Positions 63,241-64,000 of a stretch of DNA of 64,000 nt are shown in pieces (the first letter of the stretch is position 1; each line of letters starts with the position of its first letter). The DNA is from Octopus bimaculoides (taxonomy: Eukaryota): the NCBI RefSeq assembly GCF_001194135.2, contig NC_068984.1:45094972-45158971 (forward strand). The letters run 5' to 3'. The translations under genes and the position numbers were made by a program. The notes below the pieces were generated by a model, which was given only the letters and a program-made list of their open reading frames with translations, did not search any database and was not told the DNA's origin.

Positions 63241-63394
63241 GTCATACAGTAGTACAGGTACAGTAGTACAGTACAGAGTTTTGTAGTACAGTACAGAGTT
63301 TTGTAGTACAGTACAGAGTTTTGGGCACGAGTCAGAATATATCGATATTTTTTTTTTAATTTGGTAGTTTTTAATGCACCATACCAGAGCATTT

Positions 63395-63794
63395 TTTACT
63401 TCTTTCAGCCAGTCATGTTGGGTCACTGCCATAAAGGGTTTGGTTGAACAAATCCAACCCCAGTAATCTTTTTTAAGCATACTACTTACTCGGTGGTTTT
63501 TGTTGAATCACTAAGTTATAGCGACGTAAATAAACCAGCGCCGGTTGTCTAATTGTAGGTAGTAACAAACAGGGAGCATACAAAGGCACACATACACATA
63601 CAGAGACATATACATATATCTTTATACACACATACATATAATATAGATATAGATATATATAGATATACATGGTTCCTGGTTCAGTCCCACAGCGTGGCAT
63701 CTTAGGCAAGTGTCTTCTACTATAGCCTCCCGCCAACCAAAGCCTTGTGAGTGGATTTGGTAAACGGAAACTGAAAGAAGCTCATCCTATATAT

Positions 63795-63840
<46 letters not shown>

Positions 63841-64000
63841 ATATACAGATAGATAGATGGACAGACAGACAGACATGTATACATGCATACATACATGCAT
63901 ACATACATGCATGCATACATATATACATACATACATACATACATACATACATACATACAACGGATTTCCAGACTGTTTCCGTCTACCAAATTCACTCACC
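63395..64000. mobile_element. Family B pieces: minus-strand 3' half (63395-63600), plus-strand head (63667-63790), minus-strand head running off the window (63960 onward)
   Basis: Family B diagnostic sequences in opposite orientations separated by microsatellites. Confidence 0.8.

Overview
Eukaryotic, AT-rich, repeat-saturated DNA from a short-read assembly with ten N-gaps, most flanked by microsatellites. The repeat families resemble those I recall from Octopus (coleoid cephalopod); that assignment is inference. I can support no intact host protein-coding gene, rRNA, true tRNA gene or CRISPR array, so the window is probably intronic or intergenic. The long ORFs in the track are artefacts of N-runs and microsatellites. 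Recognisable content: (1) four tRNA-headed SINE families (my labels A-D) and an older dispersed repeat (E), together about 50 copies; (2) LINE fragments of the L1/Tx1, RTE, CR1-like and R4/Dong clades; (3) a Penelope-like element with a GIY-YIG endonuclease; (4) decayed DD37D and DD34D Tc1/mariner elements, mariner MITEs and a 765-bp piggyBac-type MITE with 122-bp TIRs; (5) a probable LTR. Most interesting observations: two direct repeats each carrying a type I hammerhead-like motif 329 nt apart (retrozyme-like, 31963-32400); SINE 3' tails that match the RTE and CR1-like LINE ends in the same window; a cluster of R4/Dong ends and a non-coding element inside (TAA)n arrays; and a SINE-head/Tx1 junction. 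All translations, alignments and identity counts were done by eye, so coordinates of degenerate copies are approximate.
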